A DNA stretch of 64,000 nucleotides, from NCBI GenBank assembly GCA_023213395.1, contig CM041465.1, positions 152,155,741 through 152,219,740 on the forward strand, written 5' to 3'. Below the pieces are notes generated by a model that saw only the letters and a program-made list of their open reading frames with translations, searched no databases and was not told the DNA's origin. Positions 62,531-64,000 of the stretch are shown piece by piece. A program made the translations under genes and the position numbers. Positions within the stretch are counted from its first letter, which is position 1. The number at the start of each line of letters is the position of its first letter. Source of the DNA: Cycas panzhihuaensis. Taxonomy: Eukaryota; Plantae; Cycadophyta.

Positions 62531-63719
62531 GATTAGGGAAATAATAAGGAACTTAATGAAAATAAGGGAGATGCTCGATAAAGGATAATCGGTCCTGAAA
62601 AAAATCATAATTACTCAAAAGGCTAATCAAGAGAGGAAAGTAGAGACCTATAGCTAGGTTGTTAAGCTTATGGAGGTCCTACCCTATAAAAGGGAAGGAG
62701 CAAAGGTAAGAACATACTTAATGTCGAGGATTTAAGGTAGGTTCAAAGCCAACCAAGGGCTCGACCTAGGGATTAGATCCCATTAGGAGCAAAATGGGCC
62801 AAAATAGACATGAAAAGCAAAGTCAACTTGCCAAAATGAGTCCACGAAGTATAAACATGGATAGTGTTTTAAGAAGCATAAAATAAGGTAAAAGGGACTC
62901 CCAAAGGATACCAAAGGGGTGCTATAAATGCTAGAAAAGTTGAGAAAAATAGGCATCTAGGAGCCTAACAGGGTAGGGACCCTAAAGAGAACAAGGATGA
63001 GCCCAAGGATGTGGTCCTAATGACTCCAGCAAAATGGGAGAAGGTTGTGGGGCTTCAAGGAGTTCCATGAATAAAAGGAGATAAGGGGCTGAAAATGGAA
63101 TTCATTTTCACACTCCCTTATGTGATTTGGAGAGAAAACTACCTACTACCCTCAACTTACCACCTTGATATGAGCCTAGTAGAGGAGCTCTAATCGTTGG
63201 ATCATCACACAAAGGAAGCCATTGATACCATAGTTGAGTAATGGCAGCAATTAGGCCAGACCTGGTACTCAGATCTTAACCATGACTCACTTATTTGCAT
63301 CTTTTTATTAGTATATTTTATATGCTGGGTAGTGCCTATTAGGGTACAATGAGGCTTGACGGGACCCAATTAAAGGCTCATAAGAGGCTAAACTAAGGCT
63401 TTAGGAGGCCCTAATCCCAATGGATAAAGTGTTATCCATCTTTATTTATATATTTTTTATTTTATTTTTATTTTATTTTATTTTAACAGGGGAATTTATG
63501 GTACCACAGATATCCCTATAGGGCATATGGAGTACCTATAGGGCCCGCTAATATATTTATAATGTTGCAAATATATTAGTGGGGTGAAGATGAATATAAA
63601 GAATATATGAAAATATTTAGATTTAATCAAATTTTGATGACTGATATGTTGACTAGGAGGGCCCTTGGCCCTATAGGGAGGTAAGTAACTGACTGATAAT
63701 GTTTGTTGGTGATTTTTAG

Positions 63720-64000
63720 CATCTCACCACAATGGAAAATTGCAAAAACATCGGTTCATCAATGATAGGATTTACAAAGTTAATGGATCATCGTGATAAG
63801 GCAACATTGAGACAATGTGGCTTTCTCAAGATAGTTTGCACACCACAATATGCCTCAGACCATGTATTTTTAGTTGGCATCATCTCTTATTAGGATCAAT
63901 AGAGGCATGTGTTCCATCTCTCACTAGTGGGATATACCACCATCACCCCAATGAATGTCTGGAGGATCATGGAGGTGCCTACCAATAGAGTAACAACCGT
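63720..64000 (+). pseudogene. Plant Mobile Domain (PMD, PF10536-like) exon remnant, runs off the window
   Basis: Hand translation: LRQCGFLKIV...SDHVFLVGIISY*DQ*RHVFHLSLVGYTTITPMNVWRIMEVP, matching the PMD pattern GF..D..LI..L..RW....TFHL..GE.TIT..DV..I.GLP. Confidence 0.75.

Larger units (their letters stand above)
58200..63480 (-). mobile_element. 3' portion and LTR of a third, inverted Tat relative
   Basis: Reverse-strand matches to element 1: 59600-59770~11320-11506, 61213~9993, 61410~9843, 61540-61605~9550-9612, aRH, 62900-63000~8490-8580; outer limits approximate. Confidence 0.75.

Overview
Gene-free, transposon-saturated land-plant genomic DNA made of nested LTR retrotransposons of different ages. 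A young, GC-rich Ty3/Gypsy element of the Tat group (<1-~12156) sits inside the gag of a decayed Copia, which sits inside an older Copia that also carries a gag-only (TR-GAG-like) element. A ~10-kb block is duplicated in direct orientation (~23.9-37.8 kb and ~40.5-50.9 kb), with copy-specific insertions. Two more degenerate relatives of the Tat element lie at 53.5-57.8 kb (+) and ~58-63.5 kb (-). The main signal is an archaeal-type RNase H (aRH) in all three Tat copies. It starts at an identically placed ATG in each. In the two copies where pol is visible it lies 1.1-1.3 kb downstream of the integrase stop, and the pol-encoded RNase H lacks its first catalytic Asp. Splice-donor motifs are conserved downstream of aRH, and a decayed Plant Mobile Domain (PMD) exon lies antisense next to the third copy. 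All alignments and identities were estimated by eye. No intact host gene was found.
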